Shown here piece by piece: positions 1-14,700 of a stretch of DNA of 64,000 nt (the first letter of the stretch is position 1; each line of letters begins with the position of its first letter). Source of the stretch: Lingula anatina. Taxonomy: Eukaryota > Animalia > Brachiopoda. The notes beneath the pieces are model-generated. The model was not told where the DNA came from, ran no database searches, and saw only the letters and a list, made by a program, of their open reading frames with translations. The stretch spans positions 16,034,651 through 16,098,650 of the forward strand of contig CM120647.1 of NCBI GenBank assembly GCA_051362555.1, read 5' to 3'. The position numbers and the translations under genes are program-made.

Positions 1-2905
1 AATATTTCCTGATACACGTATGTCGCATGAAACTTAATCGCTTTGGTTTTGCGAAACGAAAGGTCTATCTTGTCTCGAATCTCGAATCGTATTATAATCT
101 TGCCTATCTGAAATCGCGGCACGGTCTACCTAGGCTCTATGGAATCGTAGAATGGCCTATTTGACCCTCTGAAATCGAAGAACGGTCTCTCTGGTCTATC
201 TAGATGGAAGAAATCTTGGTCCATCAACACAACCAGGAATCGCAGACCTAGATCTGCGTATATATTTCTTCTCAGATATCAGTTGTAACACAGCCCGTTC
301 AAATATATGCATCTAGTAGACAGCCAATGTAAAAGTGCAACCCAATCCAATTAGGGATTCAACAGTTAGCATTATTAACAGGCAGACACTGGCAGAGACC
401 ATTATCATACAGACCGCCGCTATGGACTAGGCTTGCTTGTGGTTGCCGTATTAATTCCGTATTGATGTATATCGATTGGTACCAGATTGAATAATCTGGC
501 TTTAAAGCATTTTTCGCGGAAATGGCGGGTTGCTAGGAATGTATTATGGGGCCACTCACTGTTTTGTGTGTACAAATTTTAACAGCCCTCGGGAGAATTG
601 AGAATTTGGGAAAACCCCAACTCCTGGATTATTTCTGAGACGTAGATATAATCTTAGACAAGTGAATCATGAAGAATTTAGTGGAGGCAAATTCCAGCAC
701 GTATGATCCGACCTCCTCTTAAATTTCCAGGGAATAACGGGAACGAAACTGTATATAGAAAACACTGAGTTTCTTATCTAGTACCACATTCCTTGGCAAC
801 GATGCAATCCCGATTCGATGCGTGATGAAGCTAATTGGCAAGAGTGCCTCTGATGGTCAACTTCCTGTTTCCCGCGTTTAAAGTGGGGATCTCTTATATA
901 TTCTCCTGGTCTTCAGTGCATAGAATGTAATGGCAACTTAAATGGATACTATAACGATTTTAAAATCGTGCGACAGTGCTTCTATCTGGCGGTCACACAA
1001 TTACTGTAAAAAGATTGTTCGGTGACGGTTGAAGAAGTCGATAGTCCGATTCACTGTTTTAAAAAGTACACTTAATATCTTGTATCTGTCTTAAATGATT
1101 GTCTTTTGCAGCCATATACTCCGGCCCTGTTTCTGATACTGTTTTCTTTGGTTTCAGCTGTGATGACAAACTTATCCCAATACAAATCCGCCTATCAGCG
1201 ACTTCACTTGTCTTTTGTACGCTTCTGACGGTCCTCTGTTAGTCACAAAATCTGAAAAATAAGAAAATAACCGCTAAAATACTATGAATCATAGAGACAG
1301 CACGAAAGTACGCATTGCTTATGCACCTTTTCTCTGAGTAACCAGATGGAAGAGTGCTTTGCCTTTAATCGTAAGGCATGATTCAGTCCTACCTTGAACA
1401 TCCCCATCAGATAAATTGCATTACTGAGCATGATACAATAACCGTAATGGGGTTTACGTCTTGTTACCTGGCAACAATTGCCATGACAATAACAATAAAC
1501 TCAGGGAACATGATTCTCCAGATATCTGAGATCTGTTGGCAGATATTGTCAATTTTTTGTTTAGTACCGCGGGGGACAAGCGAGCATACCTTGCTTATTG
1601 GTGTTTGATTTCCAGAACAACCTACTTCTAGGTAACGTCTTAAAATGGTTTCCGTGTTCGTTGAAATTCGGAATAATTAATCAGACAAATAAAAGGATTA
1701 AAATGATACTTGTTGAACGTACGCGTCTCATAGAACAGTGTACCAATCTGTTGCACATGTACATTGTACAACATGGCAATTTTGTCACGAACATTTTACC
1801 AAAAGTTGGACTCTCAAATTACCAAAAATATAATAAATAAATAAATAAATAAATAAATAAATACGCCTTCGGTTGTGACATGTGATATGTGACAGATGCA
1901 TCACAAGTTTATCAAATATTAAACGAAGCTAATTCGCGGTATTGTCCACATTGATGTATGGTCATTGAATCACAATAAGAAAAATACTATTACTCACTTT
2001 AATAAAGACGTTGACTACAATAACTTGCCTCACTCCCTAGGACTGAAAAACGATCTGTTTCTATCTGAAATGCTTTCAGACTTAATGCCAATTCCTAACT
2101 AACAGAACAAAACTGATATACACATCTCTCGATAATTTGGTTTTTATTGCATCATATTTCATCTGGTTTGGTTATTTTTGTCAGAAGAAATTGGTTTTCC
2201 TGTCGAAAAGCAGAATGTTAGTCCTTATTCAATATCTCATGTCGGCAATGCTGCAGCTTTTAATTCCAGTGCTGCAGCTCTTAATTCCCTAGAGTGATTT
2301 GTTGAACCGTAAAGTGATGTACAGTGCCTCTCGCAAATACGGTTGCGTTTCAACAAGGTTTTTTTTTATACCGCATGTCACGCAGCCGCGGTGCATTTGT
2401 ACTTACATGTGTCACTCCGAACTAAATTGTAATCGGCCAAAAGCGACCTATCAAGATCAATTTACATGTTCAACGGCACCAGACGTTCACAGGTCTTTTG
2501 GACACACCAACATTAAAAAAACCTTATTATCTACAAACCCCAAGGACAAGATTGCCAGTTGGTATTTGGACGAGGAGATAAATTAAAACAGCTTCCCATT
2601 GTTTTGTGTACGCCCAAGATTCCCCACTTTTCTAATATTTTGCATCTTAATATTCATATTATATAAGGCAATAGCTATATGAAACAAAATCTATGACCAC
2701 GTGTTTGTACAAACCGTATAGGGGAGAACATGCTTTGTGATAGTATACTTTTCATTTATTGTAACCAAGGCAAATGGCCAATCATCCGCATTGATCACTC
2801 ACATTACGTGCACATGGTGCTTGATCAAGGTCTATGACCTCGTCTTACCCACGTTGTTAACAGGGACCACTTTCCAGTTTGATGGATAGAACCCATTGCT
2901 TCTTA

Positions 2906-3120
2906 GGGCGTATCCCCAGAGCTTTTAGATCGATCTATCCCCGCGGGGAGTCTCACTAGATTACTGTCAAATAATCCGGCTTAAATGTCCGTCCCGCCTA
3001 CTACAAGGTGTAAGGGGGTAATTAACTTTCGTGCCCGCTCGGCTGACAGCTATTTAGTGTGAACCCCCAGGGAGTTAGGTCGATCTAAAGTAGATCGATC
3101 TAATCTCTGGGAATGGGGTC
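2906..3120. mobile_element. Harbinger-like MITE
   Basis: Imperfect TIRs flanked by TTA; homologous to about 57402-57590 (TAGATCGATC...CCCCG.GGGGAGTCTCAC.AGATTACTGTCA). Confidence 0.75.
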
Positions 3121-5707
3121 TTAGCTAGGGCGTATAGATGTACATGTATCCCAGTTCATACGTCTATGGACTGTACTGAAAATTCACCTATGGCAAAATT
3201 TTATTTAATTGAATTTATAATAAAATCTTCTCAAAACAGAAATCAGTTTCAAAGATTTTTAAACTAACAAATTATGTCACCATATGGAAATTACCACAGA
3301 GGAAAGTTTAATAAAAACATGCCAGTGCCCTCCCTCCTCCGCTCAGTGGCACAGTTATCTTTTTTTTCTTTTGTTTTCATTTCTAAATTTCTATTTTTTA
3401 TGTCAGCATTGTTGGAGATGGAGACTGGCGGGTTTCAGAGGTAAAAAAATTAAAACCCGAAAACGGGCCTGCAGATCAGTTTTCACAAAATGTTTGATCG
3501 GAATATATCTTGGTACTTCAGGGAAAATTCCTGGGATTTCCGGGAGTTTCTTTTTGCTATGAAGTTCTAACACGCATTCCGCACCTTTAAGCACTACATG
3601 TAACACACATTATTTTCCACAGCCAAAAGCTAAATCATCAGTTTTCATCTTTCACTAAAAAAGATGAGTTGGCATCCTCATTATGACCATATCACTCAGT
3701 GATACTGATAAATAACGTAATCAAGTTCACATTAAAAACAACACATGGGATATAAAGCGTCGTGATGAGGATTAAGTGCACTTTCTAACGATGCGTGTCA
3801 TGGTGCTTTACTGGTGTAATGTTATGTTACTGGTATGAAAAATGACTAATACTGATTTACTCAGCTCAATACACGAACAGTTGTGGTTTTGTAAACATTG
3901 GGGCGCTAGTTGGCGCCTGGTATGTTTTTTCTTTCTTTTACCTGCATTTTATCAATATTGTTACCTATACCTGAGTGCGCTTGTGCGAGCAAGTGTGTTT
4001 TCCTGTGAGTGTGTGTGTGCGTATGTGGGGGCAGTTGCACGTGTTGGTGTGTGCGTGCTCATGTCTGTTTTATTTTTTAAGATTGTGCTTTTATTTCGCT
4101 TTTTTGGGACTTTAGTCGCCACTTTAAAAATGCGTACGCGCATGTGTTTAATCGGGATTTTCGTTAAATGATCTATACAATGATATCACGCTTTTTTTCT
4201 CTCTCTGCTTCATCCACTCTCCAAAGCACACCATATGAATTCAATATGTAACTGCGTATGGTTTGTTATACCTGCATACATCGTACGTGTTTGAGAGAGA
4301 GAGAGAGAGATGGAGAGAGAGAGAGAGTTTATTTCTGTCGCTAGAAACTGACTCAATATCCCAGGTAAGTAACAGGATCCCATATCCTGTCTCATTCTAC
4401 TTTACATAAAACCCTACCCTTGATCTTTATACACACAACGTACATAAAGAAATCACATACATACACACATTCACCACATATCGATAAGTGCTTCAGCACC
4501 TACAGGCGTTTCAATATTTCACGCACGGATTAAAGGCAACGAGCTTTAAAACATGTATTGTACGGCACTGATCCCTTACCTGCCCTAATCGCGCAATTAG
4601 CTCGGTCTGGCGTCATAATCCACCGTATTTAGTTTCAGAGTCTTGGCCATGAACAGGTGTGCAATTGTCAAGCTATAACCTTCCATGCTAGATTTTTCTC
4701 GTTCGGTTGCCGAAGGCGTTAAGGGTTTTGATTACAGACAGGAGTAAAAACCGGTCTTGTTTAGGTCTAATAACATCATTAGGCAACTCTGTTATTCTTC
4801 CAGCGATTCATAACCAAGAAAAGACCAATTCTCCATTACGTTAATGAACTCTCTGTTATTATCCATCGGCGCGTACAATAAACCCGAATTCGTCTTTCGA
4901 TAACGTAGAGCATGTATGCTTAGCGGAAAGAAGTCACTTTCTGTTCTCAGAAACCCAGGGTGGAGAACATGTAGTGAAAACAGTGTTGGCAAATCCAGGT
5001 TGTTACTTCTCAATCCAATACCATGGTTAAGTCTTATCAAATATGGGATCCAAAATACTCTTAACGCCTAAGATTCCTGAGAAAAAAAAAGCCCGTTTCA
5101 AGGTGGACCAAGTTTCCATCTGAGCTGAATAAGGCATACGACTCTTAACCCTAAATCCGTTCAGTGTATGTGGGAAAACGTTCATCGATTTCTGATATTT
5201 CTCCTTTGAGCAATCTGCGGTCGATACGAGACAGAAGGAACTGGGTTCATCTTGACCTTTGCTGAGTCCTCATCTGAACGCATGTTACGTCTTGCCGATT
5301 GACATGTATTTGGCAGAGCACGCATGCTTATAGGTAAATAGGACATTGTCAGTTTTCTGCTACCACAAGCAAGTAGAACGAAAAGGGAGAAGAGAAGGAC
5401 GAAAGCAGAGAGAAGGAGGTGCCCCCTGCACCCCCCCCCCCAATGCAATCAACTGTATTCCAATTGAGCGATCAGTTTTCAAATACAAATTATTATTGTA
5501 AAAATACAAATCATATCTATCCCTTGTTCAAGTTTTCAGTGCGTGCAAATTGTGCTCGTCAATATTTCAATAATTCTGGAAAACAAACCTCTATCCCCAT
5601 CCTAGTTATCAAATAAAATCAGGCATAAACTCTATACAAACTCCATATTTCTTTCCTGAATTTCAGAACCCCTTCATCATACCTTCCTCTCCTTTCCACC
5701 ATTATAA

Positions 5708-5917
5708 GGGTGCATTAACAACCAAAGTTGATCCGCGTACTAATAGATCCGCGGATCAAATATGGGCGGGCGACCTACCTGAAACATTATCGCATAATCT
5801 CCGCTGGGAATCTATCAACTGTTTTTTAGAGGATCATGCGGCAAGTTTGCAAGTGGGTCGACCATATTTGATCCGCGGATATGTTGGTCCACGGATCGAC
5901 TTGTTCTGAATGTGTCC
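5708..5917. mobile_element. Palindromic MITE with TAA TSD (Harbinger-like)
   Basis: ~60-bp imperfect TIRs including ATCCGCGGATCAAATATGG / CCATATTTGATCCGCGGAT; TAA on both flanks. Confidence 0.75.
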
Positions 5918-6837
5918 TAAAACATACATCAATATGATAAGATTATTCCAAAATGGACAGCTAATTTGGAGGTACAATAGTGTGGCAATCAGGTAATCCG
6001 ATTGGATAAAGCCGAACAGATGATCCCTGGATAATTAGGGTGTGAGGAATTAAACCCCATCGGGATCTGAATATTTGGTCGATGATTTACAGTGGCCCTT
6101 TTAGGCACCCTACTAACCAAAGTTGTTCCAATGTTAAGAGTGACTCTAGGAAAAAGAGAGCTGGTAGAGGCGCTGGTTTCACTAACTTCATTTGAACATT
6201 GGTCTCGATTTTAAGACCGAATATTACTCTCTACTGTGCAGCAGGTGGAATTAGTGGTAGTTCAACTAAATTAAGTTATTTGAACTGCATTAAAGAAAGT
6301 AATTAATGACCTCAGTTAATTTTAGACAGGTAGCTACTGCAGGTCAATTGGCAAAAGCAAACATATTTGGAGACCGGCTTTGGACTCAGGTCGGTTTGCC
6401 AAACAGGCCTCAGAGAGAAACAACTCGAGGACGCTTTAAAACGTTTTAAGCAAACCCGTTGCTGCACGAGGCCTTAAAGTCTAGAACCAATAACTCACAT
6501 CGATTAATTAGTACCTAAAAGACCATTTAAGGGTCGTCGATCAACAAAGAGCGATTCTAAATCCAATATCCGTTGGTTCTCTCTGTAGATCACACGAAGG
6601 AATTTGCAGCAAATGGTGCAATTGGCGCAAAGGGCGGATAGAACATGTTGCAGGATAAAAGAAGCTGTTGAATGCAATTTTGTGTTAAGTTACCGGCTAT
6701 CCTTCAGATGAAGAGATACAGATTAAGGAGAATTTCAAGGCCTAAAGGGCGTTTGCGTGTTCCTCTGCGGCTGCCGCGTGAGCATTACTCTCTCTGTGAC
6801 TCCCTTTCGCTCTCGCACGTGAGCGCCCCTTTTGACT

Positions 6838-6855
6838 CTCTCCCTCCCTTCCCCC

Positions 6856-6924
<69 letters not shown>

Positions 6925-6981
6925 CACACACACGCGAGAGAGAGAGAGAGAGAAAGAATGAGAGAGAGAGAGAGAGAGAGA
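6838..6981. repeat. (CT)n(CA)n(GA)n compound microsatellite
   Basis: Directly visible. Similar tracts at 8334-8418, 9520-9660, 15938-16007, 24055-24102, 26491-26680 and 31921-32028. Confidence 0.95.
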
Positions 6982-7833
6982 GTGGGCAGATAGTGATTTT
7001 CATCTAACCAGGCAGGTGATGGAGTGAGAGGATATGACATGTCAAAGAGTGAAAGGTTTTTGCAATGTAAAAATCAATAAGTCCCGTTTTAGATACCCAT
7101 CATTTACATGGACTGATTCTCAAGCAAGAGGTGAGAGCAGCATAGGTAGCAAAACGGCTGCACAGTTTGTTTTTGTTTCGTTTTTAAAGAGAGAGAGGGA
7201 GAGAGACAGAGAGGGAGAGAGAGAGAAGGCTGCAAACAGTTATCCCAATACTGTAGTCGATACATATCATAAACGACAAACGATGTACATGTATGAAAAT
7301 GAAATTCCGGCGCCAGGATATGGTTCTTTCGTGACGGCGATGAAGACACTCGTTACCACCTGCGGTATGGTTACAATATACACAGGGATTGCAGTTTATG
7401 AGCATTAATCACAGACATCAAACAAATTCTGTTACAGGTAGAAGAGCCTCATCAGTTGTACTTAGCGACTGCAGAGAGGGGCGAGATCTGTGGTAAAAAA
7501 GTAGATAAGGAAAGCTGCAAATCCTTAACCAATAAAAAAACACGTTTACGTCGACATAAAACGTCGCTTTACAAGAATAAAACTTTGGCCCACTGCCAAA
7601 TAGTTGAGAGGAGTTGTGCCATATTAACTCTTAGTTGAAAGTATGTTGATACGCATAAATGTCCCCGTGTATTTCTGTTGGCATTTTTTGTGCGTATAGT
7701 AATACGCATATAAGTGCCCAAACAATACTCTAAACTTTCTGTTCCGCACAAGCAGTAAATCAATCAAAGAAGATACATTAACTCACTTTCGGAGATTATG
7801 GTGGCGTAACGTGCTTACGTGGGTTTCCTTGAC

Positions 7834-7881
<48 letters not shown>

Positions 7882-8344
7882 ACAAGAAAAGATGAATAGC
7901 AGCCTACGGGTGTAGGTTAATATAACCTATCATTAAAAATAAATGCGACACGCCAAAAAATTGATCTTACCTACCGCATTTCATCCTTAAAATGTGCCAG
8001 AATCCTTGTTAAGTTCATCTGATACTGATTCATAACAGTTTAACTGCCGCTTGTCGTGCGCGCTGACACTAATTTAATTCAATATATCTTCCTAGTTTCA
8101 GTGAAATGATGTAGTTGACAAACTGGCTAGTTGTCGCAACAAACGTGAAAAATACGTTGTCCTCCTTTTTCTGTTTGGTTTGTGCCAAAAATTGTACCAA
8201 AAAAGATGCCTGCAGTCTTAGGTAAGCTTCAGTTTGAAAGGTGATGTGGATGTTAAGACAGCATGATGATGAAGCGTGGTCTTGCTATGAGTACAGATAC
8301 ACTGTTAGTAAATTAACTGTTACCTTTATCGCCCTCTCTCTCTC

Positions 8345-8420
<76 letters not shown>

Positions 8421-9600
8421 GAGGCAGCATGCGCTAATGCACACATAAAATATTCAATGCACTTAAACCCCATTTTCATCCATGTCTTTTCATCGTATTC
8501 CCATCGTCATCTGCTCCTCTCTCTCTCTCTCTCTCTGAACATATTATATGCTTTTCTGTCTTGTCTGTCCTTAATGCCCTCGGTCCAAAAACTCACCTCC
8601 AACTTAAACGTCAGCTGCATGCGCTGGAGAATCCTTCTCCACAAACATAACTCATCGTGAACAGAAATAAATGTCCCTGTATTTGAGCCGAGTCAATCTT
8701 ATAATGAGCAGTGCTCATGGACGACTAGTGCTCGTCATCTATTAGTTTCTACAACCGTGAAAGCAATGTCCACCGCCATTTTTTCTATCTCCCCAGTTAA
8801 TTACAAGGCCTGCTTGATTTCTTGCCTGAGGTAAGAGCTCACGTCATCCGTCACTGTCACGGTCTGGTTCCACAAAACAGATCTGGACAGAAAATTGGTC
8901 CGAACTGTTATACCTTAAATTCAGACTACTTCGGTTTATGATAAACCTACAGTAGTTGTCCACTTTGATAAAGTATATATTGGTCTGGAACGCTAGCTCA
9001 ATATTCCGTTTATTTGGGCTTCTACCGATTAGTTTTAGGTCAAATTAGACGATAAAATTTTTTGTCTTAAAGTTGAGGCCCGTTTTCGGACTTAAGCATT
9101 TTTGAGAATCAGGCCCCAGTTCCTCTTACAGACTTATATTACATCAAAAATCGCGGGACAAATGACACGGCATACCGACAGGAGTTTTGTGACAGCCCTG
9201 TTGTATAATCGACAAACGTCTTTTCAGGGGAGTCGATGTCGCTTACTTTGTTAATGGAGAAAATGGACTTATTTATTACTGGATGATAAGGGTATTGCGT
9301 TACCTTGACAACACAATGGGGTGATGGGGTAATAAGATGTTACGTCAGAAGTCAGGGTTTTCGGTTTCAGAAGAATTAGTTGTCAAGCGTTGACAGTGAC
9401 ATGGGCGATTGTGTTGATAAAAAGTTTGGGAGTCGAATTCAAGAAAAGAGGGAAAGAGAAGAGGGGGAGAGATGATCGAAGTGTTGGGTGATACTGTTGC
9501 TATATGTGTCAAAGGGGAGAGTGCGTGTGTGTATGTGTGTATGTGTGTGTGCGTGAGTGTGTGCATGTATGTGTGCGTGTGTACGTGTGTGTGTATTTGT

Positions 9601-9664
<64 letters not shown>

Positions 9665-11316
9665 GTCGTCAAAGATAGACATTACTGGTTTGACAAATGG
9701 TTTTGTTATATGGCTGTCACTTAAAATAAACGCAGGATATTATTAAGTGAAGTTGAGAGAGAGAGAGAGACAGAGAGAGAGAGAGGAAGAACAAGACGTA
9801 AGAGATGCAAGCAAAATGAATGGCAAACAGACATTTCCAGATTACAAACTTCTTAAAAGACCCAAACATCTCTCTCCTCTCCGAGATCTGAGTATATTGA
9901 CGTCTACTACGCTTTCTACACAAATAGTGTCTCGTTTGACAAAAAATAAATGATCAGATATATATCACTAACAAAAACACTGCAATTCTATCTGGCTATA
10001 TACGGTATGTGTATACATATATGATACTTCCCTGGTGGTAATCGAACGCTGTAATAATATAGTAATATAGTCAATAGGAAGAAAATGGAACCGACTGAAC
10101 CGATGAACTGAAAATGAAAGATGGGACTTAAAGAAAATTATGACTTTTGGAGATTTGCAACGAGTCTCTTTTCATGGGGAGGATAGGACAAAAAAGGTTA
10201 CAGAACAAAAAAAGGTTTAAAAAATGCTGGAGACGAAGGAAAAAGTGGCATTTAACTTCATGGCATACCTCATGTGGCTTACACTTGAATGGCTGAAATG
10301 TTATAAAAAAATACCATAACAAAGTCACTTTTTCTAAACATTAACATTCTTCTAACAGCAGTGAAGCGCGGCTTCTCCACAAGTGAACCACCTTAGGGGA
10401 ATCAATTTCGTTGTCAGCAAACAAATGCTAGAATAAAGACCCCAGGTAAATGACACTACAGATAAACTTAATGACATATCAAATTTTGTATTTATACAAG
10501 GTCTTCATTTTCCCCCGTTCACGTTTGATTTGGCGGTTGACGGACAGCGAAATGAGATGCATTATCTTGGCGTGGAAGAGGCTGACGGGTCACTGTCCGG
10601 TGGACGGGTTACGGTCCGGATGAGTGACCCGTGTCCGGATGAGTGACCCGTGTCTTCATGGTCAAGCGGAATACTCTTCGTTCCCGCAGAAAAGACAGTA
10701 TGTGAACGACGCCTTAAACAGTAAAATTCCCCAATCAGGGGCAGTTTAACTAAAACCGTTTCTAAATTTAAAATTCCTGGCAAAGGACGCTCTAAACCTA
10801 GGAAAACGCTTGGAGCCACTCTGAAAAGCATTTGTATAGTTTGTTGATCAACCCTCCCACTCGCATACTTTAAAGGTTTGGCGACAAAGATGAATGCCTG
10901 TTTGTCTGATACTTTGACTGCTCTTGGTGGAGCAAGTTTCAAAACGCTCAACATTTGGTGCACTATTTACAACACTGCGCCATAAAACGTTATAATCTTT
11001 ACGCTTTTCTTCTATAAAAATTCAGTCAAAAAGAAATTCAAATAGCAGTTATTGGTACATGTAAGACATCTTTGTCTATACTACAGATATACTTGATTTG
11101 TAATACTTCTTGGTCTTATCCCAAATTAGATTTTTCTACTACAGCATACCCAAGAGTTACTAGAGTTACTTGCAATAATGACCCAGATTTGCAACAGCGC
11201 TGTGTATAACAGGTCTAATTTGTTTATGCAAACAATTACCTTATATAATGAATATTGCCTCTTCAATTGTTTCCAAACTCTATCCAAGTGTGCAAAAAGA
11301 ATACTATACGCCACAC

Positions 11317-11484
11317 CAGGGGCGGATTTAGGCCGTCTTCTAGGTCTTCCAGAAGACGGTCAGATTTTTAAGTTTACATTGACGGGTATCTAATTTTTTC
11401 TGTCGGAAGACGGTCAAAAATGGAGGACAGATCAACAAAGATAATTTGGAAGAATGTCAGAAAATATCTCTGAATCCGCCCCTG
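11317..11484. mobile_element. MITE with CAGGGGCGGATT TIRs
   Basis: TIRs with apparent 5-bp TSD CACAC; truncated inverted copy at about 31772-31918. Confidence 0.85.
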
Positions 11485-11750
11485 CACACATCCTCTGAAA
11501 CATCGATAGCTCAGTCGCTGCCATACGAAACAGGTACAGCTCTTCAAATATTGACACGAGTAAGAGCTCTGAATCCCTTACAAGTTGCAAAAGTTCAGCA
11601 GATTCATCGAAGAATCCACTAAGTGGATGCAGTCATAACATTTTACAAGTTAATATAAATACAAACTTGCAGTGACCGTTAAGGTTCAGAGAAGCTTCGC
11701 CCTCTTGTCACCGATGTCGCATGTCGCAGTATGTGACAGGGTAAACCAGG

Positions 11751-11790
11751 GTCACGTCATCACGTGAAGCACGCGGGAGGTCACGTGATT
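11751..11790. promoter_or_regulatory. E-box cluster, candidate enhancer
   Basis: GTCACGTCAT-CACGTG-AAG-CACGCG-GGAGGT-CACGTG within 40 bp. Confidence 0.4.
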
Positions 11791-14700
11791 GATCCAGACG
11801 ATCGAGTTCGATTCTACGAAATCCAAATGACACTGATATTAAAGAAGAAGCCAAAATCCGTTGTTGTGCATTAAGTGTAATAATAAGTAGTGCATGAGGA
11901 AGAAGTATCCATAATTTTGATTGTCAGTTCCCATTTATCTCATTACTTTGTTAAATTCATTTTGTCTTATTTTTGTCAATAATTGTTCTTATTTGTGCAA
12001 GTATTTCTCAAATGAAAGTTGAGTCATCATGACAAACGAAGAGGGCTTTCTATGGCAACATAAGAATTTTCTGTGACAACCGCTGTAGCACAAATTACTA
12101 GTTCATCAATATTAAATTTAATCCAAAATATGAAAACGAAAATTCAAAAAGAAATAAAAACTAAGAAAAAAAATAATACAAAATTGCGAGGAAAACACCC
12201 ACTCTAGGGTACGAACTCTCCAAACACCCCTACGCCCTGTACACACCTATTGGTTTTGCCGAAAAAATAAAAACCTGCAAAATAAGTCGCCATTTTCCCT
12301 TTGTATGGAAATCATGCTAACACTCCCAATTCTGAAACGTCCCAATGATTGAATTTTGTTTGTTTACTTTGGAATATCGGAAGCTGGTTCGCCAGCTGTG
12401 TTGTTTAGGGCCTGTAGGGTTTGTACACAGAGTTAACAGTCTTATATAATTTAATTCTTGCGCAAATACGACACATTAAGAGCAACGCACACTACACATG
12501 CTACTGGGGTGACCCGCTAAACCGTATTTACCACAGCTCTCATATAGAGTTTAAGTTAGAAGTATAATCAAAGGTGTGCTATCCGCGTTTGAAAATGTCC
12601 ATATATCATGGTTTTAAAGTCAGACCTTCAACAAACGATAAAACCCCACAAAAACAGTGCCTTAATCATATATTCCCATCTACATTGTGAAGAAGGCATA
12701 GCGGTCGAAATAAATCATGATTCGTTTAGAATTAAGATATCGAATTGGAATTGGTTTCAGAAATCGACTCCAAGTGCAAGGGCAGCTCTAGCAATTCCTC
12801 TTGAGTAAGAGGTAATTTTTTCTCCGGGAAATTTCGATTTGGCGCGAAAATTCCAAGAGAGGTGTGGAACGGTTAACTAATTATTTGCAAGTTTAATTCA
12901 ATTGCTCGAGTTTAATATGGTGCACATCCTCTTTCTCCATCTTCGGTAAAATTTTTGCTCCGTCATCGTAATCTTTCCTACAATGCATTACATATCAACA
13001 CCCTGAGGTACAGAGGCATCTGCCATATTGGCAGAGGAACACTGATAATAGAGGGGGGACTATCCAGTGACTTTTGAAACTCGGGGTGCTACATGTACCG
13101 GGAACTGCATTGGAATACTGATAGTAGAGAGAGATGTGTTCCTAGTGTCATCTGAAACCCAGGGTACTTACAAGTTTTTAAATGACGCCTATAAAGTTAT
13201 ACTTTGAAAAATAATTTCACACTGCCTTGCGATAACACCTTTTTACATTACCGATGAAATACGATAGTCCTAGCCCTCTCACCTGTCTGTCGTCTTAAGA
13301 TTAAGTCTTTTCAATTTTCTTAAGCCCGTGTTTAATCTCTTAATTTTCACCGGTAAGTCAAGTTCTTACCTGGGAGTTAACAGATCCGTTTAGATATTTA
13401 GTGCATTTGCAAATGGCCAATTTTTTATCGCTGAAATATTATAAGGGTTTAGAATCTACTTCAGCGAAAGAGATTAAACTGAAAGACCTCAACTTAATTT
13501 AAGAATTACAATAGGTTTTTGGCAGGAAGACATATCGAATTCCAATGTTTTGAGGAGAGTTAAATGCAGTTTTTAAGTTAAACGACTCGATCCATTAATA
13601 TACCCTTAACGGTAAAACATCAATATTTACTGTTCATTCGCACTGTAAGATGATGTCATATTGCGAAAAAAGAATGAATTACGTCTTGAGAGCCATTTTG
13701 TCTGTACATTTTCGCGTCTATTGAGGCCATTTTAGGAATTGTACTGTCCAGCAAATGAGACGAAAGGAAATAACTTTTGGAAGCCAATTTCCCAGTGAAT
13801 ACCCGTGCCTAAGAAAAAAGATTCTATTGCTCCCTTTTCCTTTTTTTTTTGTTCTACATTGTATCTGTCTGTCTCTTCGCCTGTCGCTCTGTCTGTCTGT
13901 CTGTCTGTCTCTCTACCTACATATTGTACACTGTGTATTGCATATAATTTATATGGTATTATTTTATTATATATCAATAATTAATCACAAACACACTATG
14001 CGATCTACAATATACGACTTGCTTTTGACATCACGCACCTGTATGTCAACTTCACTACCTTACAAGAAAGACTGTATTTATTTAATTGCAATCAGCTGCT
14101 TTCACAAGAATCTATTTAAACAGCGACCATGAGGTTCTGTATTGCATCAACAATAAAATCACACCTGGAAACAAAGCGACTTCGTTGCTAATAAGGAAAA
14201 GAATACTAGAACATGAATGTTGCCCCCCTCCCCCTGAATAGACCCGTTTTCGCCGATCTTTAACAACCTTTGTTTGGTTTTTAAATAACTAATTAACTAA
14301 AAAATTAGTTATTTTATAACCAGAGATAAGCGAGGGTAAGTATAAGCCTGTTGAACTAGCACGTTGACGCGCAACACATAAAAGCTATATAGCAACTCAA
14401 AACTATGTTGTGCCCACACTTAGCAAAATAGATATGATAGAAAATCCCCAAAAAAGATAGTATTCACTCTTTGAACCTCTTTAAAACAGGGCATAGGAGT
14501 GTGTCGCGAACGAACACAACGAAATATTACAGCATTAGTCATACAGGCAAAAGCAACTCACGTTTTTTTCAGCACGCAACAGCGACCTTTCCGACGACAC
14601 TTCCGCGGTAAAGTTCACCACCTCAAATCTGTCCCGCCATCCACAACAGAGAGACCAATTAATCTATAGCCCAATAAATTACGCAATGTGACACGGGGGC

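Noticed and set aside
1-1251. Possible minus-strand CDS running off the left edge
   Set aside because: All three minus frames have stops within the first 130 bp, and the good-context ATG near 1095 opens only 18 codons.
7835-7878. Long poly(A) run (also 49933-49984) as a retrocopy tail
   Set aside because: No recognisable SINE/LINE body or TSD could be identified by eye.
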